Assembly: GCA_039680225.1 (NCBI GenBank)
Contig: JBDKTK010000417.1
Span: 1-53,597, forward strand
Reading direction: 5' to 3'
Length of the DNA stretch: 53,597 nucleotides
Source of the DNA: Syntrophaceae bacterium
GTDB lineage: Bacteria > Desulfobacterota > Syntrophia > Syntrophales > UBA4778
In this document: positions 1 to 8,474 of the stretch, piece by piece
Numbering within the stretch: the first letter of the stretch is position 1
Layout of the letters: each line of letters starts with the position of its first letter
Translations under genes and position numbers: made by a program
Notes under the pieces: model-generated
Seen by the model: the letters and a program-made list of their open reading frames with translations, nothing else
The model's database searches: none
What the model was told of the DNA's origin: nothing

Positions 1-1070
1 GGATATGATCCGAGTATTTTTATAAAGGTGGTCACTTTTTCCATCTGCCGCAGGCAGTCGGCTGTTTTCCGGCCGTTCGCATGCCCTTCGAAATCCAGGA
101 AGAACAGGTATTCCCAGTTCCTCTCCCGCATCGGGTAGGATTCGATGCGAAGCAGGTTGAGCCCCTGCGCGACGAACGGCCCCAGGGCCCTGTGCAACGC
201 TCCCGGGACATGCGCCGATCCCATGAGGATGGATGTCTTGTCGCGGTCCGACTCCCCCGACACCCCTGTCCGGCCTTCCCCGATGACGACGAACCTGGTC
301 GTGTTCAGATGGTAATCCTCGATTTCTTCTGCGACGATTTTCAGGCCATATTGTTTCGCGGCAAGGCTGCTCGCAATGGCCGCGCTCCCCTTTTCAAGGG
401 CGGCTTTCCGGGCTGCCGCCGCGGTGCTCGCCGCCTCGAAAAGGGGTACACCCGGGAGGTTCATCTTCAGCCATTGCCGGCACTGGGCTATGGCCTGGGG
501 ATGCGAGTATATTTTTTCGACCTTCTTCAGGCCTTTGCGGGAGGAAATGAGGCAATGCGAAATCCTCAGGAACTTTTCCGCCCTGATCTGGAGAGGCGTC
601 GTAATAAGGCGGTCAAGGGTGGCCTTCACCGAACCTTCAAGGGAGTTTTCGACCGGGACTATTCCCATCCGTGACTGTTTGCGCTCCACGGCGTCGAACA
701 CCTCCGATATCGATCCCTGCGGAACGAGCCTGATGCAGTTGCCAAAATGAGACAGAGCGGCCAGGTGGGAATACGACCCTTCGGGGCCGAGGAAAGCGAC
801 CGACATTTCCTCCTGGAGGGCCCGCGATGAAGAGAATATCTCGTTGTAAATCCCGCCGAGGGAACTGTCCGGAAGCGGCCCTTTGTTCATTTCGCGAACG
901 GATTTCAGGACCCTGCTTTCCTGGGACGGGTCATAGATGCTCAACCGGCGGGACCTCTTCCATTCGCCGATTTTAACGGACAGCGCGGCGCGGTCGTTGA
1001 GGGCCCGGACGATCTCCCGGTCTTTCTTCGCCAGGTCTTCCCTGAGTTTTTTGAGTTTGTCGCCCTTCAC
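1..1070 (-). CDS. pheA: bifunctional chorismate mutase / prephenate dehydratase (P-protein); 3' end runs off the window
   Basis: Not in the ORF track because there is no stop inside the window. Hand translation of the reverse strand from GTG at 1070 gives [38 protein letters not shown] (chorismate mutase helix). It continues VAFLGPEGSYSHLAA, GIVPVENSLEGSV, YSHPQAIAQC, NTTRFVVIG and LNLLRIESYP (prephenate dehydratase plus ACT motifs). The start forms a GTGA overlap with the aroB stop. Confidence 0.85.
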   Translation of the reverse strand, partial: MKGDKLKKLREDLAKKDREIVRALNDRAALSVKIGEWKRSRRLSIYDPSQESRVLKSVREMNKGPLPDSSLGGIYNEIFSSSRALQEEMSVAFLGPEGSYSHLAALSHFGNCIRLVPQGSISEVFDAVERKQSRMGIVPVENSLEGSVKATLDRLITTPLQIRAEKFLRISHCLISSRKGLKKVEKIYSHPQAIAQCRQWLKMNLPGVPLFEAASTAAAARKAALEKGSAAIASSLAAKQYGLKIVAEEIEDYHLNTTRFVVIGEGRTGVSGESDRDKTSILMGSAHVPGALHRALGPFVAQGLNLLRIESYPMRERNWEYLFFLDFEGHANGRKTADCLRQMEKVTTFIKILGSY

Positions 1071-2161
1071 GCTCGCAGCTCCCTGATCACGTCTTTTAAA
1101 ACATCATCCGGAACGCTCCCGTTCATGAACGGCATGCCCAGTTTTTTCAGCAGGACGAAGCGGACCGAATCGCCTTCTTTTTTCTTGTCGCTCTGGAGGC
1201 GCGACAGGATGCCGTCCGTTCCGATGTTCCCGGGGATGCAACAGGGCAGCCCCAGTGACGCGGCGAGGTTTTCGACCCGCAGCTTGTCTTTCTCCTGCAG
1301 GTAGCCCATCCGCTCCGAGATCTTCACGGCGCCGAGGATTCCCAGCACGACGGCCCTGCCGTGCGAAACGGAATAGCCCGATTCCGCCTCGATTGCATGG
1401 CCCATCGTGTGCCCGAAATTGAGGATGCGGCGGATCCCTTTTTCCGTTTCGTCTATTTCCACTATGGCCTTTTTTATCCCGCAGCACTTGGCGACAATCC
1501 TCTCCAGGAGGGCTTCGTCGCCGTTCCTTACGGCCTCGGGCCTCTTCTCCAGTTCGTCAAGGATGAACGGGTCGTCTATGATCCCGTATTTGATTATCTC
1601 GGCCAGGCCGTTGTTCAGTTCTTCCGGCGGCAGCGTCTTGAGGAATCCGATATTGATGAAGATCGCTTTCGGCTGGGAAAATGTCCCGAGCAGGTTCTTG
1701 CCGCACGGAAGGTCGATGCCGGTCTTGCCGCCGATGCTGCTGTCCACCTGGGCTATGAGGGTTGTCGGGACCTGGACATAAGGTATTCCCCGCATGAAAA
1801 TGGATGCGATGAAGCCCGCGATGTCACCCACAACGCCGCCCCCGAGCGCAATGATGCCCGATTGCCGGTCGGCCCCTTTCTCCATGAGTTCGCCGGAGAG
1901 ATGCATTACGGTGTCGATCGTCTTTGACCTCTCTCCGGCCGGGATCACCAGCTGCTCGGCCTTGAGCCCCGCTTCGAGCAATGCCGCCCGGACGCTTTCT
2001 CCGTGGATCCCGGCGACATTGGAATCGGTTATTACGAAGAGCCTGTTCGCCCAGTTCTTTTTGGCGATCACCAGCCCTATCCTGTCCAAAATATTCTTTC
2101 CAATGTATATTTCGTGGGACTTCACGGTCCTTTTGTCGAGATTGATCTTGATCCTGTTCAT
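1067..2161 (-). CDS. aroB: 3-dehydroquinate synthase
   Basis: 364-aa ORF with the glycine-rich nucleotide loop [12 protein letters not shown] and the metal-binding motif [11 protein letters not shown]. It has 4-nt overlaps with both neighbours, consistent with an operon. Confidence 0.9.
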   Translation of the reverse strand: MNRIKINLDKRTVKSHEIYIGKNILDRIGLVIAKKNWANRLFVITDSNVAGIHGESVRAALLEAGLKAEQLVIPAGERSKTIDTVMHLSGELMEKGADRQSGIIALGGGVVGDIAGFIASIFMRGIPYVQVPTTLIAQVDSSIGGKTGIDLPCGKNLLGTFSQPKAIFINIGFLKTLPPEELNNGLAEIIKYGIIDDPFILDELEKRPEAVRNGDEALLERIVAKCCGIKKAIVEIDETEKGIRRILNFGHTMGHAIEAESGYSVSHGRAVVLGILGAVKISERMGYLQEKDKLRVENLAASLGLPCCIPGNIGTDGILSRLQSDKKKEGDSVRFVLLKKLGMPFMNGSVPDDVLKDVIRELRA

Positions 2162-3177
2162 TGTACGCTCCCTCTCATCACAACTGTAAGCCTGCCGATC
2201 TCCTCCATGAGCTGGTAATATTTTTCCGGCTTGAGCGACTGCAGGCCGTCCGAAACGGCCTTCTCCGGCTCGGGATGGACTTCCACCAGCAGACCGTCGG
2301 CGCCCACGGCAACCGCCGCCCGCGACAGGGGCAGCACGTATTTCCAGTGCCCGGCCGCATGGCTGGGGTCCACGATTACCGGCAGATGCGTCAGTTCCTT
2401 CAGCACCGGCACGGCGCTTATATCAAGCGTGTTGCGGGTGGCCGTCTCGAAAGTCCTGATCCCCCGCTCGCAAAGGATCACATTCTCATTTCCGGCCGAA
2501 AGGATGTACTCGGCAGACATGAGAAGCTCGTCAATCGTGGTCATCAGGCCCCTTTTCAGGAGGACAGGCTTATGGGCCAGGCCGACCCGTTTGAGGAGAG
2601 CAAAATTCTGGACGTTGCGCGCGCCGATCTGGAGGATATCGGCGTACTCCTCGATCATGTCCACGTCCGTCGTGTTCATCACTTCGGTGACAACGGGCAT
2701 GCCGGTCCAGTCATGCACTTTTTTCAGGAGCTTGAGCCCCTCCTCTTCCATCCCCTGGAAGCTGTACGGAGATGTCCGGGGCTTGAACGCGCCCCCGCGC
2801 ATGATCTGCGCCCCGCCCTTCCTGACGATATAGGCGCTCTCCATGAGCTGCTCTTCGCTTTCAATTGAGCAGGGGCCAGCCATGACCACGAAATTCGGCC
2901 CCCCGATCTCGACATCCCCGACTTTGACGACCGTCACCGCATCGCGGTACTCGCGGCTTGCCAGTTTGTACGGCTTGAGGATCGGCATGGTCTTCTCCAC
3001 CCCGGCCAGGTGCTCGGCGCTCTTGAGCTCGTTTTTGCCCCGTTCGTCGCCGACCGCCCCGATGATGGTCCTCTCGATGCCCCGCGAGGGGTGGGCCTTG
3101 TAGCCGACTGATTCAATCCAGCTGATCACGTTCTGAATCTCCGGTTCCGTTGCGTTCCTTTTCATAACTATTATCAT
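2158..3177 (-). CDS. aroF: 3-deoxy-7-phosphoheptulonate (DAHP) synthase, type I-beta, with N-terminal ferredoxin-like regulatory domain
   Basis: Tracked ORF is 2158..3264. I place the start at ATG 3177 ([17 protein letters not shown]), which follows the SD GGAGGTG at 3181-3187. KDO8P/DAHP synthase-type motifs [27 protein letters not shown] and VIVDPSH are present. The upstream 29 codons cover terminator hairpins and are unlikely to be coding. Confidence 0.85.
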   Translation of the reverse strand: MIIVMKRNATEPEIQNVISWIESVGYKAHPSRGIERTIIGAVGDERGKNELKSAEHLAGVEKTMPILKPYKLASREYRDAVTVVKVGDVEIGGPNFVVMAGPCSIESEEQLMESAYIVRKGGAQIMRGGAFKPRTSPYSFQGMEEEGLKLLKKVHDWTGMPVVTEVMNTTDVDMIEEYADILQIGARNVQNFALLKRVGLAHKPVLLKRGLMTTIDELLMSAEYILSAGNENVILCERGIRTFETATRNTLDISAVPVLKELTHLPVIVDPSHAAGHWKYVLPLSRAAVAVGADGLLVEVHPEPEKAVSDGLQSLKPEKYYQLMEEIGRLTVVMRGSVQ

Positions 3178-3189
3178 TTCCACCTCCAG

Positions 3190-3269
3190 AAAAAAGGGCC
3201 ATGGAGGTTTCGCCCCCCATGGCCCCGAAAACAAAAAAGCCATGGGCAGCTTCAATCTACCCATGGCTT
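3190..3269 (-). terminator. tandem intrinsic-terminator hairpins forming the attenuator of the aro operon
   Basis: On the minus strand, AAGCCATGGG-N13-CCCATGGCTT is followed by TTTTGTTTT. Next, GGGCCATGGGGG-GCGAAA-CCTCCATGGCCC (12 bp including one G-U pair) is followed by TTTTTT. This second hairpin ends 2 nt before the aroF SD. Arms of the two hairpins are mutually complementary (CCCATGGC / GCCATGGG). Confidence 0.6.
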
Positions 3270-3289
3270 ATTTTTTTATTTAGTGCTTC

Positions 3290-3379
3290 TTAATTCCCCT
3301 TAAGCGATGGGCAGACCTGTGCGGTAAAATAATAATAGCTAAACCAGAAGCTGAAAAATTTTACCGTCATGCTGCGCAT
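3290..3379 (-). CDS. aromatic amino-acid leader peptide (29 aa), MRSMTVKFFSFWFSYYYFTAQVCPSLKGN
   Basis: Hand-translated small ORF not present in the track. Nine of 11 consecutive codons are Phe (5), Trp (1) or Tyr (3). It lies directly upstream of the terminator hairpins and the aroF-aroB-pheA operon. The SD is only weak (AAGGGA, 12 nt upstream). Confidence 0.55.
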   Translation of the reverse strand: MRSMTVKFFSFWFSYYYFTAQVCPSLKGN

Positions 3380-3473
3380 CTAATTACTTTGTCCCTTTTA
3401 TTCGGTTCCTTTAAATATCGGATCAGGTGCAAAAAGAGCACAAAAAGCGTTTCGTTGTCAAGGAAATTATTTT

Positions 3474-4388
3474 TCAGTATATCCCGAGGAGCCTCAGCAA
3501 CCCCCTTCTGTTCTCCTCAGGCTTCCTTATTGCGCTCCAGGAAACCGTCTTGCCGGAGTCTTTCCTGATCGTCCCTGTGATGCTGTCTTCATTGACAATT
3601 CCTTCGAAGTGCAGCTCGGTCCTGCTGTTGCCCGTGTTGAAGGTGATCCCCTCCCCTTTGATCCTGCCTTTTTTAATGCCCTTCTTCTCCTGCCCGGATT
3701 TGATTTTACCGGAGAACCTCTGGTAGCTCTGGGTCAGTTCCATCGTGAAAATCTCGGGGCCGTTGCCCAGGTCGGCCTCCCAATGCCATATTCCGTCAAC
3801 ACGCGCCGGTATCACCCAGAGGTAAAGATTGCGCCAGTCCACCCGGGCGCTCTTGTCCGGCACCCACTCTCCCATCGTATGGCAGTGGGACACGACCCTC
3901 GTGCCCGGCCTCAATTCATTGAGGAGCTTGGGCCGGAGCTTGATATTCACGTCCGGGTACAGGAAGAGCATGACAACTGTCGCCTTGCTCAGGTCGGAGT
4001 CGAACAGGTTTTGCTCGTAAAAAGTCACTCTGCCCGAAAGGCCTTCCTTGAGGGCGTTTTCCCTGCTCTCCTTGATGCGCCGGGGGTCGAGGTCGATCCC
4101 GACGGCGCGGCACCCGGCTATCCGGGCGGCAGCCAGCACGATCCGGCCGTCGCCGCAGCCGAGATCGTACACAATATCATTCTTTGTGACCCCGGCCATC
4201 CTGATCATCTCCTCCACGACCTCGGTGGGGGTCGGTTCATAAGGCACATCGAGCCCGGGCCTGGCGGCTTTTGCGTATTGCATTACATAAACCTCGCCGG
4301 AATTATCGAAGGAAAATGCATTTCCCGCAAGCGTTATAATCAGGGCGGACGCAAATATAAAGCATTCCTGTTTCCATTTCATCTTCAA
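3474..4388 (-). CDS. class I SAM-dependent methyltransferase with N-terminal signal/anchor sequence and extra C-terminal domain
   Basis: 304 aa with a hydrophobic N-terminus (CFIFASALIITLAGNAFS). SAM motif I is VYDLGCGDGRIV, preceded by VPYEPTP. It is a paralog of the next gene. Confidence 0.75.
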   Translation of the reverse strand: MKMKWKQECFIFASALIITLAGNAFSFDNSGEVYVMQYAKAARPGLDVPYEPTPTEVVEEMIRMAGVTKNDIVYDLGCGDGRIVLAAARIAGCRAVGIDLDPRRIKESRENALKEGLSGRVTFYEQNLFDSDLSKATVVMLFLYPDVNIKLRPKLLNELRPGTRVVSHCHTMGEWVPDKSARVDWRNLYLWVIPARVDGIWHWEADLGNGPEIFTMELTQSYQRFSGKIKSGQEKKGIKKGRIKGEGITFNTGNSRTELHFEGIVNEDSITGTIRKDSGKTVSWSAIRKPEENRRGLLRLLGIY

Positions 4389-4430
4389 TCCCCGCCATGC
4401 GATTGCAGGAGCGCATACGCCCCTGCGACT

Positions 4431-5369
4431 TTATTTCAGCACCCTCAGTGTTTTCCGGATCTTATTGCCCGACCCCTCCAGGGGCTTGACAGACGAAGGC
4501 TCGCGCCTGGCCCGCCACGTCCCCCTGATCTCCCTGTCTTCAGGAGATGCAAAGGCGCCTTCCAGTACATTTCCCTTTGCCTTCCCGGTGAAGATAACCG
4601 CGATCGTGCCCCTGTCCGTCTTGCGGTCCACGGTGAAGCGCAGGTCGTCCCCGTTGAGCCTCACATTGCTGATGAGCGTGCGGCCGCTCTCCGCTGACAG
4701 GTCGCCGCCGACGACCTGGTAGCCCTGCTCGATCCTCAGTATCCGGCGAGTTGTGTTGTCTTTCTCCCGCATGGTGAAATTCCATGTGCCGCCGATATTG
4801 GCCGGCACCACCCAGAAATAGATGGAATGGCGCGCATCAAGATGGCGGGCCGTGTCCGGCAGCCAGTCGCCCATGCTGTAATTGTGGGATATGATCCTGG
4901 ACCCCGGCTTCATTTCGTTCAAAATGCGCGGCCGGAGTTTAACGTTGATTTCGGGCAGCAGGTAAAGGGCGAGGACCGTGGCCTCGGAAAAATCCACCTT
5001 GAACAGGTCCTGCTGGACAAATGTGACCTTCCCTTCGACATCGGCCTTTTTGGCATTGCTGCGGCACTCCGCTATCCGCTCCGGGTCTATGTCCACGCCG
5101 ACCCCCCGCGCCCCCGTTTTTTTGCAGGCGTCGATCACTATCCGGCCGTCGCCGCAGCCAAGGTCGTAAACGACATCATTTTCACCTATCCCGGCCATCC
5201 TGATCATCTCCGAGACAATATTGTCGGGAGTCGGGACGTACGGGACGTCGAGCCGCTCCGGCACCGTGTCTTCCAGGATCAGCGAGAACGAATGAGATGC
5301 CCCAATGAAACCGGCGAAACTGAAAAAAAGGAACAGGGCGATAACGGCCTTGAGAACTTGTCTTGTCAT
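4431..5369 (-). CDS. class I SAM-dependent methyltransferase, paralog of 3474..4388
   Basis: Tracked ORF 4431..5762 has an Arg/Pro-rich, implausible N-terminus that overlaps the permease gene. I place the start at ATG 5369 (MTRQVLKAVIALFLFFSFAGFIGA), with a GGAGAA SD. Motifs VPYVPTP and VYDLGCGDGRIV are present. By eye, about 60% identity to the neighbour over the catalytic domain. Confidence 0.75.
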   Translation of the reverse strand: MTRQVLKAVIALFLFFSFAGFIGASHSFSLILEDTVPERLDVPYVPTPDNIVSEMIRMAGIGENDVVYDLGCGDGRIVIDACKKTGARGVGVDIDPERIAECRSNAKKADVEGKVTFVQQDLFKVDFSEATVLALYLLPEINVKLRPRILNEMKPGSRIISHNYSMGDWLPDTARHLDARHSIYFWVVPANIGGTWNFTMREKDNTTRRILRIEQGYQVVGGDLSAESGRTLISNVRLNGDDLRFTVDRKTDRGTIAVIFTGKAKGNVLEGAFASPEDREIRGTWRARREPSSVKPLEGSGNKIRKTLRVLK

Positions 5370-5371
5370 GA

Positions 5372-6718
5372 CTATTTCTCCTTGCCTGAATATTCTTTGC
5401 TTATGCCGTTGCGAATAAATAAAAGGGGCACACCCGCGGCGAGGACTCCGATGCCGACCAGCGCGCCTTTGCCTGTATACGCGAGGCTCGACTGCAGCAT
5501 GTAAAGGCAAACAGCACAGAATAAAACGGGAGTCGCGGGATAGAGCGGAACGCTGAACGGCCGGGGGACGGACGGCTCCCTGATCCGCAGGACAATCACG
5601 GAAATCCCGACCAGGAGGAAGAAAAACCAGAAAACGGGCGCGGTGTATTCCACCATGGCCTCGAACCCGCTCCTGGCGCCGGTCCCGAGCACAACCAGCA
5701 GAAACGCGATCACGCCCTGCACGAGCATGGCGTTGATAGGGGTGCCGCACCTGTGGTGCCATTTGCCCATGTAACTGAAGATCTTGAAATCGGTGCCGAG
5801 GGCGTAATTGGTCCGGGCGCCGGTTATCATTGTCCCGTTCATTGTTGAGAGCACCGCAAGTATGACAATGACGCTGAGCAGCAGGGAGCCGCCTTCGCCC
5901 AGCCCCTTGCGCATGAGGTCCGCAGCGACCGCCTCGGAGCCGGACATCCCGGGTATCCCCAGTCCCCTGAGGAACACGAAATTAACGAGTACATAAACAG
6001 CGGTTATTATGCCGAGGCTGATGACAAGGACGCGGGACATGCTGGAGCCCCGGACCTCCGCAGAAAGGTATGCAGCTTCATTCCAGCCTCCATAAGTCAG
6101 CAGCACGAAAATCATTGCCTTGCCGAGGCCCGAGCCGTTGAGGACCGAAAAGCCGGCATATGCCATAGCGGCGGATGATCCGGATGATATGGAAGGGCAA
6201 TTAAGGCCGACAAGAAAAACGGCGCCCAGACCCAGCAGGATGCCGATGGTCAGGCCGTTCTGGAGCCAGCTTCCCTGGCGGATGCCCGCCGCGTTGATGA
6301 TCGTGAGCAGGACAACGGTTGAGCCGGCATAAATCGAGACCGAATACTGCCCCAGGCTCATTATGCCTGAAGCATAATCGCCGATCAGGAAGGCGAGCAT
6401 TGCCAGCGACCCCGTCTGGATCACGGTCATCCTTGCCCAGGCGAACAGGAAGGCCGGGGTCTGTCCGTAGGCGCGGGTCAGGTAATGATAGTCGCCCCCG
6501 GCGTTCGGGAATGTCGAGGTGAGCTCCGCATAGCAAAGCGCCCCGACGAGAGATATTGCCCCTCCGGCGAGCCAGACGAGCAGGACGGCCGCTTCGCTTC
6601 CCGCATTCGCCGCCACAATTGAGGGGGTCCTGAAGATTCCGGCCCCGATCACCACGCCCACTATTATGAAAATTGCGTCAAGCGGGGAAAGAGTCTTGCC
6701 GGGAGCTGCATTCTGCAT
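5372..6718 (-). CDS. APC-superfamily amino acid permease
   Basis: 448 aa with about 12 hydrophobic segments. The N-terminal motif IIVGVVIGAGIF...AGGAISLVGALCYAEL is typical of APC transporters. Confidence 0.8.
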   Translation of the reverse strand: MQNAAPGKTLSPLDAIFIIVGVVIGAGIFRTPSIVAANAGSEAAVLLVWLAGGAISLVGALCYAELTSTFPNAGGDYHYLTRAYGQTPAFLFAWARMTVIQTGSLAMLAFLIGDYASGIMSLGQYSVSIYAGSTVVLLTIINAAGIRQGSWLQNGLTIGILLGLGAVFLVGLNCPSISSGSSAAMAYAGFSVLNGSGLGKAMIFVLLTYGGWNEAAYLSAEVRGSSMSRVLVISLGIITAVYVLVNFVFLRGLGIPGMSGSEAVAADLMRKGLGEGGSLLLSVIVILAVLSTMNGTMITGARTNYALGTDFKIFSYMGKWHHRCGTPINAMLVQGVIAFLLVVLGTGARSGFEAMVEYTAPVFWFFFLLVGISVIVLRIREPSVPRPFSVPLYPATPVLFCAVCLYMLQSSLAYTGKGALVGIGVLAAGVPLLFIRNGISKEYSGKEK

Positions 6719-6895
6719 ACATCCTCCTGAATCTGTTTTGACTCGGGCGGATTCGGGATGAGGCCGAAATTGCAGGCGGGATCAGAAGGGAAAATATCAG
6801 TTCATATAAAATTAGTATTGCCAGCCGGGCAAAGTCAAGGCAAAGTCAAGGAAGAGCACGGCTGTTGAAGGTCGCATCCAAATCCAGGAAGAACA

Positions 6896-7573
6896 ATGAC
6901 CTCGAAGGACGCCTATCGGAGTATCGCCCGCTTTTTCCCGGCGCTGGATTTCATCCTGGACGCCTTCCTCCGGAGCGCCAGGGACGACCTGATCGCCTTT
7001 CTCAAAAGAGAGGATCTTCATAAGGTGCTGGACCTGGGCTGCGGGACGGGGGGCCTCTCGAGGATACTGGCGGACCGGGGATTCTCTCCCGTCTGCCTGG
7101 ATGTATCGGAAGCCATGCTGGAAAGGGCGGAAAGGAACTCATGCAGGCCGCCGCAATTTTCCGTTGTCCATTCAAAGGGGGGGAGCCTGCCCTTCGGCGC
7201 CGAATTCGATGCGTCCGTAATGAGGTTCGTGCTGCACGAGATGTCCCCCGCCGTGAGAGAGGCGACGCTCGGGGAACTGCGCCGGGTGGTCCGGCCGGGC
7301 GGTTTTATGATCTTCATTGATTTCATCCGTCCGGATAATGACTCTTTTTATCCCCGGCTCGGCGCTTCCCTCATACGCTTCATAGAATCGCGGATGACCA
7401 GGGTCCATGCCCCTCACTATGAAAACTTTTCGGACCTCATGGCGCAAGGCGGCGCTCTCAAATGGCTCGAAACCAGGTGCGGAAAAGCCCATATGCTCAG
7501 GACTTACTTCGGCGCCAATATAGGGCTTATCGGTATCAGGCTGACCGGGCGGCCGGGGCCTGGCCATGCCTGA
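6896..7573 (+). CDS. class I SAM-dependent methyltransferase (UbiE/Methyltransf_11-like)
   Basis: 225 aa with motif I VLDLGCGTGG and post-I LDVSEAML. Its end overlaps the next gene's start by 8 nt. Confidence 0.75.
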   Translation: MTSKDAYRSIARFFPALDFILDAFLRSARDDLIAFLKREDLHKVLDLGCGTGGLSRILADRGFSPVCLDVSEAMLERAERNSCRPPQFSVVHSKGGSLPFGAEFDASVMRFVLHEMSPAVREATLGELRRVVRPGGFMIFIDFIRPDNDSFYPRLGASLIRFIESRMTRVHAPHYENFSDLMAQGGALKWLETRCGKAHMLRTYFGANIGLIGIRLTGRPGPGHA

Positions 7574-8474
7574 AACTTTTTCATTCCGGATCTCCCCGGT
7601 CCCGCCCTTCCGGCTGGACCTGACGTGCTGGGCGTTGCGCCGGAGCCGGGAGAACTCTGTGGACGTATGGGACGGAACCTCTTATAACCGGCTTCTCACC
7701 GTGGGTGGTACAATTGCGGAAGTCACAGCCGTGCAGTCAGGCCCTCCGGAAAGGCCGGTTCTCAAAATCACGGTTTCCGGCCCGGACGGCTCACGTGAAA
7801 TGAGGCGCAATATAGAATCCCGGATCAGGATGATGCTCGGGACGGACATTGACTTGACCGGATTCTACCGCATCGCCGGCCGGCACAGGCGGCTCAAGCA
7901 GATGGCGGCTGAATTTGCCGGGCTGAAGCCCCCCCGCTTCGCATCTATTTATGAAGCGGTCGTGAACGGGATTTGCTTTCAACAGCTTTCCCTGGCCGCC
8001 GGTACGGCCCTCCTCAACCGCCTTACGTCTTTCGGCCCCGCACATAACAGCCGGCGCGCTTTCCCGAGGCCCGCCGACCTGGCGGAGGTTGAACCGGGCG
8101 AACTGAAGTCCCTCGGCTTCAGCACGAACAAGGCAATCGCCCTCACTGCGTTATCCCGGGCCATAATTCATGAAGGGCTGGATCTTGAGTCGCTCGTTTC
8201 CCGTCCGGATGAAGAAGTGACGGAAATCCTCGATGCGGTCCGGGGCGTGGGCCCCTGGACCGCGCAATATGTGCTGCTGCGCGGCATGGGGCGGCTTTCG
8301 GTGTTTCCCGGCAAGGACGTGGGCGCGAGCCGCAATCTTAACAGGTATTTCGGTTTTGCCGCGCCGCTCGACTTCGCAGGGGTTCAAAATTACCTTTCAA
8401 GGTTCCACCCGTACGAAGGCCTGATATATTTTCACCTCCTGCTGAAGAATCTCACTGAGCGGGGGGTGATATGA
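7566..8474 (+). CDS. DNA-3-methyladenine glycosylase II family protein (AlkA-like, HhH-GPD)
   Basis: 302 aa with the HhH-GPD signature GVGPWTAQYVLLRGMGRLSVFPGKDVG. Both ends overlap the neighbouring genes. Confidence 0.8.
   Translation: MPETFSFRISPVPPFRLDLTCWALRRSRENSVDVWDGTSYNRLLTVGGTIAEVTAVQSGPPERPVLKITVSGPDGSREMRRNIESRIRMMLGTDIDLTGFYRIAGRHRRLKQMAAEFAGLKPPRFASIYEAVVNGICFQQLSLAAGTALLNRLTSFGPAHNSRRAFPRPADLAEVEPGELKSLGFSTNKAIALTALSRAIIHEGLDLESLVSRPDEEVTEILDAVRGVGPWTAQYVLLRGMGRLSVFPGKDVGASRNLNRYFGFAAPLDFAGVQNYLSRFHPYEGLIYFHLLLKNLTERGVI

Noticed and set aside
81-750. Plus-strand ORFs 81..674 and 376..750.
   Set aside because: Both are Arg/Pro/Gly-rich and lie antisense to a reverse-strand reading frame that translates cleanly into chorismate mutase/prephenate dehydratase. 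They are GC3-driven shadow ORFs.
3178-3264. In-frame N-terminal extension of DAHP synthase ([29 protein letters not shown]), itself rich in Phe and Trp.
   Set aside because: There is no SD before ATG 3264. The segment coincides exactly with the two terminator hairpins and their U-runs. TTT runs and the CCATGG core automatically give F and W/M codons. The real start, with an SD, is 3177.
3609-5504. Long plus-strand ORFs (3609..4697 at 362 aa; 4827..5504 at 225 aa).
   Set aside because: They are antisense to the two methyltransferase genes, have low-complexity Arg/Pro/His-rich composition and carry no recognisable motifs.
5370-5762. N-terminal 131 aa of tracked ORF 4431..5762.
   Set aside because: This part overlaps the 3' end of the permease gene in another frame and is extremely Arg-rich. 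An SD-preceded ATG at 5369 starts a normal signal/anchor sequence.
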